Origin: an uncultured Chloroflexia bacterium | Lineage (GTDB): Bacteria > Chloroflexota > Anaerolineae > JAAYZQ01 | NCBI GenBank assembly: GCA_963700285.1 | Contig: CAVOXA010000010.1 | Coordinates: 96,001-160,000 of the forward strand | DNA length: 64,000 nucleotides | Direction: 5' to 3' | Shown: positions 7,963-18,898 of the stretch, one piece after another | How the letters are laid out: each line of letters begins with the position of its first letter | Numbering within the stretch: position 1 is the stretch's first letter | Notes under the pieces: model-generated | Told to the model about the DNA's origin: nothing | The model's input: the letters and a program-made list of their open reading frames with translations, nothing else | The model's database searches: none | Program-made: the position numbers and the translations under genes

Positions 7963-10665
7963 TTGGGTGCCAGAATGGGACATGGGAGTACTACATTGAG
8001 CGACAAGATCAGGATCGAAATCTCCTGGCTGCTACCCCAGGGTAACGCCTGTGAGTCCTGCTGGCATAGATGGGAAGAAAGTGTCCGAGCCTACGGAGGC
8101 GTAGAACGGGTACACCTGGACCAGGAAGGCGAGACCCCCAGCTTTTGCATTCACTACGATCCAGGCCTGATCAGCCCGGATATTGTGCGGGCCATTGCTG
8201 TCGAGGAAGGCGCCCATTTGGACTGGCGCTATCGTCACGAGATCTTGTCCATCAGGGGGATGGACTGCGCCGATTGCGCGCGGACGCTGGAAGGTGGCGT
8301 TGGGCGCCTGGATGGCGTGTTGTGGGCCTCTGCCAACTTTGCCGCGTCTACCCTGGCTGTCGAGTACGATGCCGAGTGGACAGAACGCCCAGCCATCGTA
8401 TCCCGTATCCGCGCCCTGGGCTACGACCTTCAGGCACCTGCGCCCTCCCGTGAAATGGTTTATCAGGTCGAGGGTATGGACTGTGCTGACTGCGCTCTGA
8501 ATCTGGAAGAGGCGCTCAGACGCACATCTGGCGTGGCCCAAGTGACCGTGGACTTTACCCTGGCCCGGCTGCGCCTCACAGCCGACGATGGCATGGAAAT
8601 CGACTCGGCTGTCCACCAGGCTGCGGAAAGCATGGGCTACTCACTCCGGTCGCAGGATACCCGATATCCCGGCGGGACCAGCAGTGTTGAGGGCTGGCGA
8701 GAGCGGCTGTGGCGCAGGCGCCGCGATCTGACGACCGTGGGCTCTGCGCTGCTGATTGCCGCAGGCGTGATCCTGGGCTTGCTGGGAGCGCCTGAGGCGA
8801 TTGTAGCCGGCACGTACGTGGCAGCGATTCTCGTAGGTGGCTTCTATATTGCCCGGTCCGGATGGGCCGCGCTGCGGACGGCTCACTCCCTCGACATGAA
8901 CGCATTGATGACCATCGCCGCAGTAGGTGCGATTTTCGTCGGCGAGTGGGCCGAGGGCGCGGTGGCCATGTTCCTGTTCTCCCTGGGCAACTCCCTGGAA
9001 GGCTATACGATGGACCGTGCCCGGAATGCCATCCGGAGCCTGATGGAACTCTCACCCCGCCGGGCTACCCTGATCCACGGGGATCAGGAGGAAGAGGTAC
9101 CGGTCGATGATCTGGTCGTCGGTGATCGAATTTTGGTACGGCCCGGCGAGCAGATTCCAATGGACGGGGTGGTACTGACGGGCTCGTCGGCTGTGAACCA
9201 GGCCCCAATCACCGGCGAGAGTGTACCGGTGGAAAAGGGGACAGGTCAGGAAGTCTATGCCGGCACGGTCAACGGCCAGGGAGCGCTGACCGTGCGCGTG
9301 ACCCACCTGGCTGCTGACACGACCATCGCCCGCATTATCAAGATGGTGGAGGAGGCCCAAGCCCAGAAAGCCCCCTCGCAGCGTTTCGTCGACCGCTTTG
9401 CCCGGGTATACACGCCGGCGGTGATCGCGGTGGCGGCCAGTGTAGCGATAGTGCCGCCGTTATTCGGCTGGCTAACAGGTACGGGTACCTTTGCTGCCCT
9501 GTTTGGTGAGTGGTTCTACCGGGCCCTGGTGCTGCTGGTGATCGCCTGTCCCTGTGCCCTGGTCATTTCTACGCCGGTCACCATCGTGAGCGCTATCGCC
9601 AGCGCAGCTCGCTCCGGCGTGTTGATCAAAGGCGGCACCCATCTGGAAGCTCTGGGCTCACTAAAGGTGATGGCCTTCGACAAGACCGGTACCCTGACCG
9701 CCGGCCAGACGCAGGTGGTGGATGTCCGCTGTCTGGATCACCAGGCAGGATTGGTCTGGACAGAGTGCCCCGATTGCAGGCGCATGCTGGCCGACGCGGC
9801 GGCCGTCGAGCGCCGCTCGGAGCACCCGTTGGCCCGGGCTGTAGTGCAGACAGCCGAGGAGCAGGGCCTGGCCCATGCCTTGCCAGCAGCGGAGGAGGTG
9901 GAGGCCCTGACCGGGCGTGGCGTACGGGGCCGGGTGAATGGCCACAGCATCACAGTCGGCACTCATACCTTCATCCACGAGAGCGATCCGGATCTGGTTG
10001 AGGGCCCTCTGTGCGATGCTGTCCATGCCGCCCAGGACGCTGGCCAGACGGCGATGGTCGTCCGTGACGACTGCTGTGGCGTGCGCGGCTATATTGCTGT
10101 GGCCGATACGATGCGTCCAGGGGTGCCAGAGGTGATGGCCGCCCTGGCCAGAGTGGGCATCGAGCACACGGTTATGCTGACCGGCGACAACCAGGCCACG
10201 GCACAAGCCGTCGCCGCAGCCGCGGGGGTAGACGATGTGCAAGCTGAGTTGTTGCCCGAGCAAAAGGTGGCAGCCATCGAGGCTCTGTTGGAAGAGTATG
10301 GGGCCGTAGCCATGGTGGGTGATGGTGTCAACGATGCTCCCGCCCTGGCGCGAGCGACGGTGGGTATCGCCATGGGCGCCGCTGGCACCGACACCGCGCT
10401 GGAGACTGCTGACGTGGCCCTCATGGCCGACGATTTGGGCAAGCTACCCTTTGCCGTCAGACTTAGCCGGCGAGCGCGGGCCATCATCCTGCAGAATATC
10501 GCCCTATCGCTGGGCATCAAGGCCGTCTTTTTCGCCCTGGCCCTATCTGGAACGGCGACGCTGTGGATGGCTGTCTTTGCTGACGTGGGCGCATCGCTCA
10601 TCGTCACCCTCAATGGAATGCGGCTGCTACGACAGCAGGAAAAAGCCATGCCAGGGCAGAGCTAG
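7963..10665 (+). CDS. Heavy-metal translocating P1B-type ATPase (Zn/Cd/Pb class)
   Basis: Two GMDCADC HMA domains, TGES, CPCAL, DKTGTLT, SEHP, GDGVNDAPAL, TM8 FADVG; exact start uncertain. Confidence 0.96.
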   Translation: MGARMGHGSTTLSDKIRIEISWLLPQGNACESCWHRWEESVRAYGGVERVHLDQEGETPSFCIHYDPGLISPDIVRAIAVEEGAHLDWRYRHEILSIRGMDCADCARTLEGGVGRLDGVLWASANFAASTLAVEYDAEWTERPAIVSRIRALGYDLQAPAPSREMVYQVEGMDCADCALNLEEALRRTSGVAQVTVDFTLARLRLTADDGMEIDSAVHQAAESMGYSLRSQDTRYPGGTSSVEGWRERLWRRRRDLTTVGSALLIAAGVILGLLGAPEAIVAGTYVAAILVGGFYIARSGWAALRTAHSLDMNALMTIAAVGAIFVGEWAEGAVAMFLFSLGNSLEGYTMDRARNAIRSLMELSPRRATLIHGDQEEEVPVDDLVVGDRILVRPGEQIPMDGVVLTGSSAVNQAPITGESVPVEKGTGQEVYAGTVNGQGALTVRVTHLAADTTIARIIKMVEEAQAQKAPSQRFVDRFARVYTPAVIAVAASVAIVPPLFGWLTGTGTFAALFGEWFYRALVLLVIACPCALVISTPVTIVSAIASAARSGVLIKGGTHLEALGSLKVMAFDKTGTLTAGQTQVVDVRCLDHQAGLVWTECPDCRRMLADAAAVERRSEHPLARAVVQTAEEQGLAHALPAAEEVEALTGRGVRGRVNGHSITVGTHTFIHESDPDLVEGPLCDAVHAAQDAGQTAMVVRDDCCGVRGYIAVADTMRPGVPEVMAALARVGIEHTVMLTGDNQATAQAVAAAAGVDDVQAELLPEQKVAAIEALLEEYGAVAMVGDGVNDAPALARATVGIAMGAAGTDTALETADVALMADDLGKLPFAVRLSRRARAIILQNIALSLGIKAVFFALALSGTATLWMAVFADVGASLIVTLNGMRLLRQQEKAMPGQS

Positions 10666-12032
10666 TCAGTTTTCGATACTGTCCCCCGTCGCCCGTGACA
10701 TTGCTTGAACTTTCTGCCGCTCCCACAAGGGCAAGGATCGTTGGGCTTTGCGTCAGAAAATGCCTGTGCCCGCTCAAGATCCCGGGATCTGTACCACTGC
10801 ATGATCTCTGATGGTGCCCGATTCTCCCGCAGCAGGCCGGTCATGATGCGCATCGGCTGATCGACGTGGTGAAAGAACAACTTGTAGCCAGCACACAGGT
10901 AATTCAGCCCCGGTTCGCCATCCGGTGTCTTGATAAACCGGTTGCGCGGACAGCCCCCGTGACATGCAAAGCGCACATCACATTCAAGGCAATACTTGGG
11001 CAGCGTGTCTCGCTTGTCCGCCCCGAATTTCCGCTGCTGGTCTGAGGCCACCAGATCGATCATGTGCGTTTCCTGGATATTGCCAAGCAGGTAATCCGGT
11101 TCCACAAAGTGATCGCAGGAATAGAGGTCGCCGTTGTGCTCCAGGGCCATGGCATTGCCACAGGTGGGTGCAAAGATACACAGAGAGTGCTGCCCCACGT
11201 GGCTGCCAAGCGTGACGTCAAAGATCTGAACATAGACCTTGGCCACGTCCCGTCGCACCCATTCTTCAAAGATACCGATCATAAAGCTGCCGTACTGCTT
11301 GGGCTTGACCGAGCGGTGGGTGACCATGAAGCCGTCCTGCGTGTAAAGGGGACGATCGCCCCCCGGCCTCTCACTCCACCCCTGGTTGGCCTGCGGTAGC
11401 ATGTCCGCTGTTGCCCGTTCGATGATGGGTATGAACTGGACAAACTCGGCCTGCAACTCATCCCGGAAAAAACGATAGACCTCTACGGGGTAGTCAGCGT
11501 TGGCCGCATGCACCGTGCACAGAATATTGAAATCCACCTCGTGCTTGCGAAGGATCTCCCAGCCGCGCATCACCTGATCAAAGCTGCCCTTCCCGCCCTT
11601 GTTGACCCGGTAAGCATTGTGCAGCGCTCGAGGCCCATCCACACTGAGGCCAACGAGAAAGTTATGCTCCTTAAGAAAGGCACCCCATTCATCGTCCAGT
11701 AGGGTACCGTTGGTCTGCATGGAATAGCTGACGCTCTGCCCTGGTTTCTTGTACTGCTCTACAAGGGCCACCGATCGCTTGAAGAACTCCCGGCCCATCA
11801 GCGTTGGCTCCCCGCCCTGCCAGGCCACAGTGACCTCTGGTACACGGTGCGATTCGAGCAACTGTTTGATGTAGGTCTCCAGCAACTCGTCCGCCATGCG
11901 GAAGCGGCTGCCGGGGTAAAGCATCTCCTTGGATAGAAAGAAACAGTATTGACAATCAAGATTGCACACGGCCCCCGTAGGTTTGACCAGAAGGTGGAAT
12001 CCAGGAGGCGCGTACTGGGGAATGCTATCCAT
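10662..12032 (-). CDS. Anaerobic sulfatase maturase (radical SAM/SPASM) with C-terminal SEC-C motif
   Basis: CNLDCQYC, WQGGEPTL, YSCDHFV, CLECDVRFACHGGCP, PNDPCPCGSGRKFKQCHG. Confidence 0.93.
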   Translation of the reverse strand: MDSIPQYAPPGFHLLVKPTGAVCNLDCQYCFFLSKEMLYPGSRFRMADELLETYIKQLLESHRVPEVTVAWQGGEPTLMGREFFKRSVALVEQYKKPGQSVSYSMQTNGTLLDDEWGAFLKEHNFLVGLSVDGPRALHNAYRVNKGGKGSFDQVMRGWEILRKHEVDFNILCTVHAANADYPVEVYRFFRDELQAEFVQFIPIIERATADMLPQANQGWSERPGGDRPLYTQDGFMVTHRSVKPKQYGSFMIGIFEEWVRRDVAKVYVQIFDVTLGSHVGQHSLCIFAPTCGNAMALEHNGDLYSCDHFVEPDYLLGNIQETHMIDLVASDQQRKFGADKRDTLPKYCLECDVRFACHGGCPRNRFIKTPDGEPGLNYLCAGYKLFFHHVDQPMRIMTGLLRENRAPSEIMQWYRSRDLERAQAFSDAKPNDPCPCGSGRKFKQCHGRRGTVSKTD

Positions 12033-12079
12033 GTTTGCCTTTCTAGCTGTTACCAACGCCCATATGATCTTGGTTTGCC

Positions 12080-12979
12080 CTAAATGGCCACCGCTGGCGC
12101 GTCCATACCCATTCTCTGATGGGCGCGGGCCATGTACGGTGTGTTATAGTGCCAGCCAGGCTGCCCGTCGGGTGTCAGCAGGATGATACCCCCCACGCCG
12201 TTTACCCTGCTGGCCAGCCTCAGGATAGCAGTCCTGGCAGCGGCATGCGGGTCGCCCAGCTCCTGCAAGTGATGCAGGGCCAGCCGGGCCAGAAGGACCT
12301 TGGCGATGGCCTCACCCCAGCCGGTACTGGAGGCGCCGCCCAACTCATCGTCGGCGTAGAAGCCACAACCCACCATCGGCACGTCCCCTACCCGGCCAGG
12401 CATCTTGTTGGGCGTTCCTCCGGTCGAAGTGCCGGCCGCAACATGCCCATCCATGTCCAGGGCCACGCAGCCCACCGTGTCCGCAGGACGGGAAAAGGCC
12501 TGCCGCGCTGAATAAGTATGGTCGAACAGCAGTCGCTGCCACCGTTCAAACTCGCGGGGCACGGCCAGGTCGGTCAGGTCACAGGTGGGGAAACCCATCT
12601 TGTGGGCAAAGCGCTGGGCGCCCTGTCCGATCAAGAACACATGCTCGCTCTTTTCCATCACGGTTCGCGCCAGCCGGATGGGATTGCCGATGAACTGCAC
12701 GCCAGCTACGGCGCCGACTTGCAGATCAGTACCATCCATAAACCCTGCGTCAAGCTCTACCTGGCCGTCAGCGTTGAGGAACGAGCCCCGCCCAGCGTCA
12801 AAGGTCTCGTCATCCTCCATGACCACGATGGCCGCCTCAACAGCGTCCAAGGCCGATCCACCTCGGATCAATACCTCCCAGCCAGCCTCGGCGGCTAGCC
12901 GGGTACCGTCCTGGTGAGCCTTGTGCAGATCTTGTGGAATATCCCAGGCTCCTCCGTGGACAATGATAGATGGCTCCAT
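12080..12979 (-). CDS. Isoaspartyl peptidase/L-asparaginase (Ntn hydrolase)
   Basis: IIVHGGA, DTVG autocleavage site, TSTGG, GRVGD. Confidence 0.95.
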   Translation of the reverse strand: MEPSIIVHGGAWDIPQDLHKAHQDGTRLAAEAGWEVLIRGGSALDAVEAAIVVMEDDETFDAGRGSFLNADGQVELDAGFMDGTDLQVGAVAGVQFIGNPIRLARTVMEKSEHVFLIGQGAQRFAHKMGFPTCDLTDLAVPREFERWQRLLFDHTYSARQAFSRPADTVGCVALDMDGHVAAGTSTGGTPNKMPGRVGDVPMVGCGFYADDELGGASSTGWGEAIAKVLLARLALHHLQELGDPHAAARTAILRLASRVNGVGGIILLTPDGQPGWHYNTPYMARAHQRMGMDAPAVAI

Positions 12980-12994
12980 TCCAATCCCCCAAAA

Positions 12995-13705
12995 TCAATC
13001 AGGCAGTGGCAGCCCGGGCTGTTTGTGACGCTGTAACCCCAGGACCAGGGAACGGACATCACTGGACAGCCGGAATGCAAGCCCCTTGGGTACGACGGCC
13101 AGTTCCCCGCTCTCGAGGTCGTACTGCCCGTGTTCCGTCTCCAGAATCAGCTTCCCATCCTGGCAGAAGACCAGGCTATCTTGAAGGTCTGTCTGCTGCC
13201 AGGGTCCGGTCCCCTCGTAGAAAGCCAGGTGGACGGAAAAGGTGTCCAGATTAGCCAAGACCACTGGCCTGAAAGGAACGACGATTTGGCGCCCCATGGC
13301 CGGCACGCTGACCTTCTCCAGGTTCCTCCCTTCCTTCAGGGAAAAAATCCGACGATCGCCATTGCGACGATTGACCATCAGCCGCGGCTGGAGGAGGAGG
13401 ACTTGTGAATGCAAAAGGGACGAAGAGCGGTGCCCCACTCCTTTGGGCGCCACGGCCAAATCACCAGGCCGCAGGATCGTGGTTCCCCAGTCGCTCTCGA
13501 GGCTGATGGTACCGCTGTAAACCAAAAAGAGTTCATCCTGGTCCAGGTGGCGATGGCGGGGCAGCGTTCCCGCGCACAGAAACACGCTCAAGACCAGGTC
13601 ATCGATCGACGCCAGGTCGATCATGGTGAACGGTTCTGTCAAACGGCCAGCGTGGTCGGCAACGCTGATGACCTCGAGTTCTTGGGGTTCTGCCACGGTT
13701 TTCAT
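12995..13705 (-). CDS. Bicupin protein
   Basis: [10 protein letters not shown]...PKGVGHR in the first cupin; degenerate second cupin (VVPKG). Confidence 0.85.
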   Translation of the reverse strand: MKTVAEPQELEVISVADHAGRLTEPFTMIDLASIDDLVLSVFLCAGTLPRHRHLDQDELFLVYSGTISLESDWGTTILRPGDLAVAPKGVGHRSSSLLHSQVLLLQPRLMVNRRNGDRRIFSLKEGRNLEKVSVPAMGRQIVVPFRPVVLANLDTFSVHLAFYEGTGPWQQTDLQDSLVFCQDGKLILETEHGQYDLESGELAVVPKGLAFRLSSDVRSLVLGLQRHKQPGLPLPD

Positions 13706-14265
13706 CCCAGTCGTGCAGGTGTTATGTCCTGCTGAGCCTGGTATTTCCCCTGCTTGTCGGCATAGGATATCTCACAGGCCTCGTCACTTTCGAAAAAAAG
13801 TACCTGAGCGATCCCCTCGCAAGCATACAGGCGTACCGGCCTGGACCCAACGTTAGCGATACACAGGGTTGCGTTGCCCTCCCAGCCAGGCTCAAAGGGG
13901 GTAACGTTGACCATGACACCACAGCGAGCATAACTGCTCTTGCCCGTGCACAGGGTCAAGACATTCGATGGGATACGGAAATACTCAATCGTCCGGCCCA
14001 GGACAAAGCTCTGGGGTGCCAGCTCAAACACGTTGGTGCGCGTATCGACAAAAGCAGCGGCAGACATTGCCTTGGGGTCTACCAGACCCTGGCCCGCCCC
14101 GCCAGCAACCAGTACTTTGAACTCATCCGCCAGGCGGACGTCATAGCCATAGGACGACAGGCCATAAGAGATGACGGTTCCCCCTACCTGTGCCGGCTCA
14201 AAGGGTTCAATCATGCCCTGTTCCAGGGCCATACACCGGATCCACCGATCAGATTTGATACTCAC
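13702..14265 (-). CDS. dcd: dCTP deaminase
   Basis: [48 protein letters not shown]. Confidence 0.97.
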   Translation of the reverse strand: MSIKSDRWIRCMALEQGMIEPFEPAQVGGTVISYGLSSYGYDVRLADEFKVLVAGGAGQGLVDPKAMSAAAFVDTRTNVFELAPQSFVLGRTIEYFRIPSNVLTLCTGKSSYARCGVMVNVTPFEPGWEGNATLCIANVGSRPVRLYACEGIAQVLFFESDEACEISYADKQGKYQAQQDITPARLG

Positions 14266-14423
14266 ACGCGCCTCTCAACTACTCCGGTGGTTGCCCACAA
14301 ATAAGGTCACAGTTACATGAGCCGTTTGGACTCGCCCCTCGACAAGCTGCGGGTGCCGCTGCACGGTTGCAAGCCGCCCGCATTATACTCGATAAACCCA
14401 AAAGAGACAAAGGTGCAATCTCG

Positions 14424-15266
14424 TCATTGGGCACCTTCAAGGACCAGATTGTCTATCAGGCGGGTCTGGCCAACGAATGCAGCCAGGGACAACAATGCGT
14501 TGCCAGTGATGGTTTCCAGCTCCTGGAGCGTGTCAGGATGGGCGCAGGAAACGTACTGCAGGCGAACCCTGGGCTCGTCTGCGATGGTTTCGGCCACGAT
14601 CTTTCGCAATCTTTCGGCGCTCCGTTCCCCAGACTCAAAGGCTGTCCCGGCTGCCACCAGTGCACGGTACAGCACAGGCGCCGCTTCGCGCTGCTTGGAA
14701 TCCAAAAAGGCGTTTCGGCTGGACAGCGCCAGGCCATCCAGATCACGCACGATGGGACACACGATGACGTCCAATGGGAAATCCAGATCGCGCGCCATCT
14801 GCCGTACGACCGCAACCTGCTGGGCATCCTTCTGACCAAAGTAGGCGCTCTGGGGTCGGACAGCGTTGAACAACTTGGCCACCACTGTCGCCACGCCTCG
14901 GAAATGGCCAGGACGCATTGCACCCTCCAGCAGCCGCGCCACCTCCTCCACTGTGACCCACGTTTGAAAACCGCTCGGGTACATCACTTCGGGGCTAGGC
15001 ATCCAGACCAGGTCTATGTTTTCCGCTTTCAGCAGGTATAGATCCCGGGCCAGGTCGCGGGGATAGGAGGACAGGTCTTCGTCGGGCCCGAACTGAGAAG
15101 GGTTCACAAAGATGCTGACCGCTACGCTGGCACATTCGGCCCGAGCACGCCGTACCAGCGACAGGTGACCTTCGTGCAGAGAGCCCATGGTGGGGACCAG
15201 GCCCACCGGTTCGGCAAGGGTTGCCCGAGCGCTGCGCACCTCGAAAAGGGTGATGGCGGTTTGCAC
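14424..15266 (-). CDS. panC: Pantoate--beta-alanine ligase
   Basis: VPTMGSLHEGH, SIFVNPSQF, RPGHFRGV, FGQKDAQQ, GLALSSRN; GTG start assumed. Confidence 0.97.
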   Translation of the reverse strand: MQTAITLFEVRSARATLAEPVGLVPTMGSLHEGHLSLVRRARAECASVAVSIFVNPSQFGPDEDLSSYPRDLARDLYLLKAENIDLVWMPSPEVMYPSGFQTWVTVEEVARLLEGAMRPGHFRGVATVVAKLFNAVRPQSAYFGQKDAQQVAVVRQMARDLDFPLDVIVCPIVRDLDGLALSSRNAFLDSKQREAAPVLYRALVAAGTAFESGERSAERLRKIVAETIADEPRVRLQYVSCAHPDTLQELETITGNALLSLAAFVGQTRLIDNLVLEGAQ

Positions 15267-15268
15267 GT

Positions 15269-16180
15269 TCAACGCTCCGGATGCGCGAGGGCCTTGACCA
15301 ACAACCACAGCGCTCGATTCACCGGGACAGGAACGCCACAGGCTTTGCCCGCGGCGACAATGGCCCCGCAGATGGCATCGATCTCGGTGGGGGCGCCACG
15401 CAGCACGTCCTGAAGCATAGAAGAGGTATTGCGGGTGGTCTGACTAGCTACTGCCTCTGCGGCAGCGACGGGATCCGAGTAACTCAATCTCTGGCCGCAC
15501 GCGGAAGCAACGGCTGCGGCCTCACCAGCGGCGGAGGCCAGTAGTGTCCTGGCATCGGGGCGGAGCAGCAGCTCGCCATTGGGTACACGCAGCAGGGCGG
15601 TGAGTGGATTGATCGCAGCGTTGATGACCAGCTTGCTCCACAGCAGCCGGTCAACGTCTGGTACGAGTTCCACCGCAAAGCCAGCCTCTTCCAGTAGTTT
15701 CGCCAAAGGCGCCAGCCGAGGGTGTACGCCAAGCGAGACGGTCCCGATCCCACCAGGGCGCACCTGTCCTGGTCCCACAAGCGTAGCCCCATACGTGGTC
15801 ACACCCAGGGCCACACGCGGCGCCCCCAGGAACTCTACAAGTCTCTCGCGGTTGCCCAACCCATTTTGCAGGGTCAACGCCAGACCTTCCGGCGACAAGC
15901 AGGCAGCCAGTTGCCGGGCAGCGCGCTCTGTCTGCCAGGACTTGACCAATACCAGGGCAAGGCGAGATGCGAGGCAATCGGCCGGATCAGCAGTGACCTG
16001 TACGGAATACGCGTAGTCGGAACCATCAGATTCGACCAGGCGAACGCCCTGGGAGCGCAACGCATCCAGACCCTCTGGCCAGGTACCCAGGAGCGTTACC
16101 CCCACGCCTGTTTCTGCCAGCCGTGCCGCAAAAAGGCAAGCCAGCGCCCCTGTCCCAACAATGAGAACAGAAGCTGTCAT
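15269..16180 (-). CDS. panE: 2-dehydropantoate 2-reductase
   Basis: GTGALA, LVKSWQT, LQNGLGN, WSKLVINAAINP, SSMLQD, TEID. Confidence 0.95.
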   Translation of the reverse strand: MTASVLIVGTGALACLFAARLAETGVGVTLLGTWPEGLDALRSQGVRLVESDGSDYAYSVQVTADPADCLASRLALVLVKSWQTERAARQLAACLSPEGLALTLQNGLGNRERLVEFLGAPRVALGVTTYGATLVGPGQVRPGGIGTVSLGVHPRLAPLAKLLEEAGFAVELVPDVDRLLWSKLVINAAINPLTALLRVPNGELLLRPDARTLLASAAGEAAAVASACGQRLSYSDPVAAAEAVASQTTRNTSSMLQDVLRGAPTEIDAICGAIVAAGKACGVPVPVNRALWLLVKALAHPER

Positions 16181-16214
16181 CTGCTCACCGGGTATGATGG
16201 AGGGGGAGAGGCCA

Positions 16215-17095
16215 TCATGGATCAGATCCCTCCATCTCCTCTAGAAACGCATCCCACTCGCCGTCCGGCATGTCCACGGTATGCTCGGGCCCAGGGAAGA
16301 CCCTCCCTTCGACATCCTCTCGGAAGGCGGCAAGGGCGCGCGCCATCTCTGCATAAAGATCTGCGTACTTTTTGACGAATTTTGGCGTGAAACGATCAAA
16401 GAAACCAAGCAAGTCGTGGGTAACCAGTACCTGGCCATCGCACCCCAACCCAGCCCCAATGCCAATGGTGGGGATCTCTAACCGCTGGGATACAACAGTG
16501 GCCAGTCGGGCAGGGATAGACTCGAGCACCAAGCTGAAACAGCCGGCCTCTTGCAGCAACAGCGCGTCATCCAACAGGCGGCGGGCAGCCAGTGCCGTAC
16601 GCCCCTGGGAGCGGAAGCCACCCAATTGCTGCACGCTTTGGGGGGTGAGGCCCAGGTGACCCATGACCGGGATCCCGGCAGCGACGATGGCGCGGATGGC
16701 ATCCGCGCGCTCCGCCCTCCTTCCAACTTGACGGCATCCATGCCAGCTTCCTGCAGAAAGCGCCCTGCATTGAGCACGGCCTGCTCCACCGAAACCTGAT
16801 AGGACATGAAGGGCATATCGCCGACCAACAAGGCGTAACGCGCCCCCCGTGCTACCGCGCGACAGTGGTGCAACATATCCGACATCGTAACTGGCAACGT
16901 GTTCTCATAGCCCAGTACCACCATCCCCAACGAATCTCCGACCAGGATCGAATCAATACCAGCCTGATCTGTGGCCAGGGCTGTAGGATAGTCATAGGCG
17001 GTCAGCATGGTAATGACCTCGCCACGCCCTTTCTTCTGTAGCAAAGTGTGCGTGGTGATCTTTTTTCGGCGCGATGAGGACAGAATCGTAGACAT
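16215..17095 (-). CDS. panB: 3-methyl-2-oxobutanoate hydroxymethyltransferase (one -1 frameshift near 16712)
   Basis: [30 protein letters not shown] then [26 protein letters not shown] in the other frame. Confidence 0.94.
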
Positions 17096-17141
17096 AGCTG
17101 GCACCTCGGTCCGGATATCTGCAAACAGAACGACACCTTGC

Positions 17142-17170
17142 ATTATAACGCACAACGGGCATCCTGTCCA
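17142..17170 (-). promoter_or_regulatory. Sigma70 promoter of panBEC
   Basis: TGGACA-17-TATAAT on the minus strand. Confidence 0.65.
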
Positions 17171-17211
17171 CTAGCCCGAAGGATACCCGTTGAGAATGAC
17201 AAATCTTTGCC

Positions 17212-18249
17212 TTAACCCCTCAGTCGATGAACCTCCTTGACCTGCGCGATGACGTCGTCCACAGGCCGTTCGTTGAATGGCGATGGACCCAAAGGGTCCG
17301 CCAGTTGCCAGCCAGCGTCGCCCAGAAGCACAGCAAAGGTGTTCAGGACCGAGTAGGCCAGCGCCTCCAGGTGATAACCCCCTTCCAGGGTCCAAACCAG
17401 CCGCCCTTCGCACAACTCTTCGGCAAGCTCCACCAGGGCCCGGGCGATGGCCGCATATCCAGCAACAGAAAGATACATATAGGCCAGGGGATCATCCCAG
17501 TGGGCATCGTAGCCAGCCGAGACGAGAATGAGCTGGGGTTGGAATCGCCAGGCGGCCGGGCCCACCACTTCCCGAAAGATCTGCGCAAAGCCCTCGTCCC
17601 CGACACCGCCACCCAGGGGCACGTTGACGATGCCGCCTGCGCCGTCGCCGCGTCCTATCTCGCGCAGATTTCCTGTGCCGGGGTAGTAAGGATATTGGTG
17701 CGTTGAGATGAACATCACGGCCGGATCACGCTCGAACGCATCCTGGGTACCGTTGCCGTGGTGGACATCGAAATCCACGATGAGCACCCGGTCCAGGCCG
17801 CGCTCGGCCAGCGCATAGCGAGCGGCAATGGCCACGTTGTTGAACAGACAAAAGCCCATTCCCCTATCACGGAGGGCATGGTGCCCAGGAGGGCGAACCA
17901 GGGCAAAGGCGTTGGCAAGCTGGCCATCGAGCACGGCCTTTGTCGCCTCCACCAAGCCACCAGCAGCCATCAGCGCCGCATCGTAGGAGGCCGGTCGCAC
18001 GTAGGTGTCCGCATCCAGATGACCACCACCTTGTCGGGCCACACGCTGCACCTGGTCTACGTAGCGACCCGAGTGTACCCGCTCCAGCCGCTCGGGAGCG
18101 ATGGGCGCCGCGGGAACAGGTACCAGCCGGTCCAGCATGCCATTTTCTTCTAACACCCTCAGGATGGTCGTGAGCCGCTGCTGGTTCTCCGGGTGACCAC
18201 GCAGGTCGTGTTCCAGGTAGATAGGATCGTATACGTAGCCGGTTGTCAT
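17212..18249 (-). CDS. Histone deacetylase-family protein
   Basis: HPE, RPPGHHA, GFCLFNNVA, DFDVHHGNGTQ, SAGYDAH, LEGGY. Confidence 0.96.
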   Translation of the reverse strand: MTTGYVYDPIYLEHDLRGHPENQQRLTTILRVLEENGMLDRLVPVPAAPIAPERLERVHSGRYVDQVQRVARQGGGHLDADTYVRPASYDAALMAAGGLVEATKAVLDGQLANAFALVRPPGHHALRDRGMGFCLFNNVAIAARYALAERGLDRVLIVDFDVHHGNGTQDAFERDPAVMFISTHQYPYYPGTGNLREIGRGDGAGGIVNVPLGGGVGDEGFAQIFREVVGPAAWRFQPQLILVSAGYDAHWDDPLAYMYLSVAGYAAIARALVELAEELCEGRLVWTLEGGYHLEALAYSVLNTFAVLLGDAGWQLADPLGPSPFNERPVDDVIAQVKEVHRLRG

Positions 18250-18266
18250 AGATCGGTTCTCTCTGT

Positions 18267-18869
18267 CTACATCTCGCGCCGGCCCTCAAGGGCCCGGCCG
18301 AGAGTCACGGCATCGGCATATTCCAGATCGCCGCCTACGGGCAGCCCTCGCGCCAGCCGGGTAAGCCGCGCCCCCAGAGGTTCAAGCACGCGCGCCAGGT
18401 ACATGGCAGTCGCCTCCCCTTCAAGATTGGGATTGGTCGCTAACAAGACCTCCTGTACCGGTTCGTTACTCAGGCGGGCAACGAGTTCGTTGATCCGCAG
18501 TTCATCAGGACCGATGCCCTCCACCGGCGAGATGGCGCCGTGGAGAACGTGGTACAGCCCCCGGTACTCGCCAGTGCGGTCGATGGCCAGCACATCGAGC
18601 GGCTCTTCCACCACACAGATGATCGAACGATCGCGCCCTTGGTCCTGACAGATGCGGCAGGGATTCTCCACTGTGATATTAAAGCACACACGACAGAAAG
18701 TGGTCTTCTTCTTCAGGTCAACCAGCGCAGCGGCCAGGAGTTCGGCCTGTTCCGCCGGGCGACGGAGCAGGTAAAAAGTCAGCCGTGATGCAGATTTAGG
18801 ACCAATACCTGGCAACTGGGCAAAGGCTTCTATCAGCCGGCTTATCGGTTCAGGTATTGCCGCAGACAT
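18267..18869 (-). CDS. recR: Recombination protein RecR
   Basis: [17 protein letters not shown] zinc finger, YHVLHG, Toprim [12 protein letters not shown]. Confidence 0.98.
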   Translation of the reverse strand: MSAAIPEPISRLIEAFAQLPGIGPKSASRLTFYLLRRPAEQAELLAAALVDLKKKTTFCRVCFNITVENPCRICQDQGRDRSIICVVEEPLDVLAIDRTGEYRGLYHVLHGAISPVEGIGPDELRINELVARLSNEPVQEVLLATNPNLEGEATAMYLARVLEPLGARLTRLARGLPVGGDLEYADAVTLGRALEGRREM

Positions 18870-18898
18870 AGATTTGCACTCCTTGGGCCAGCGATCGG

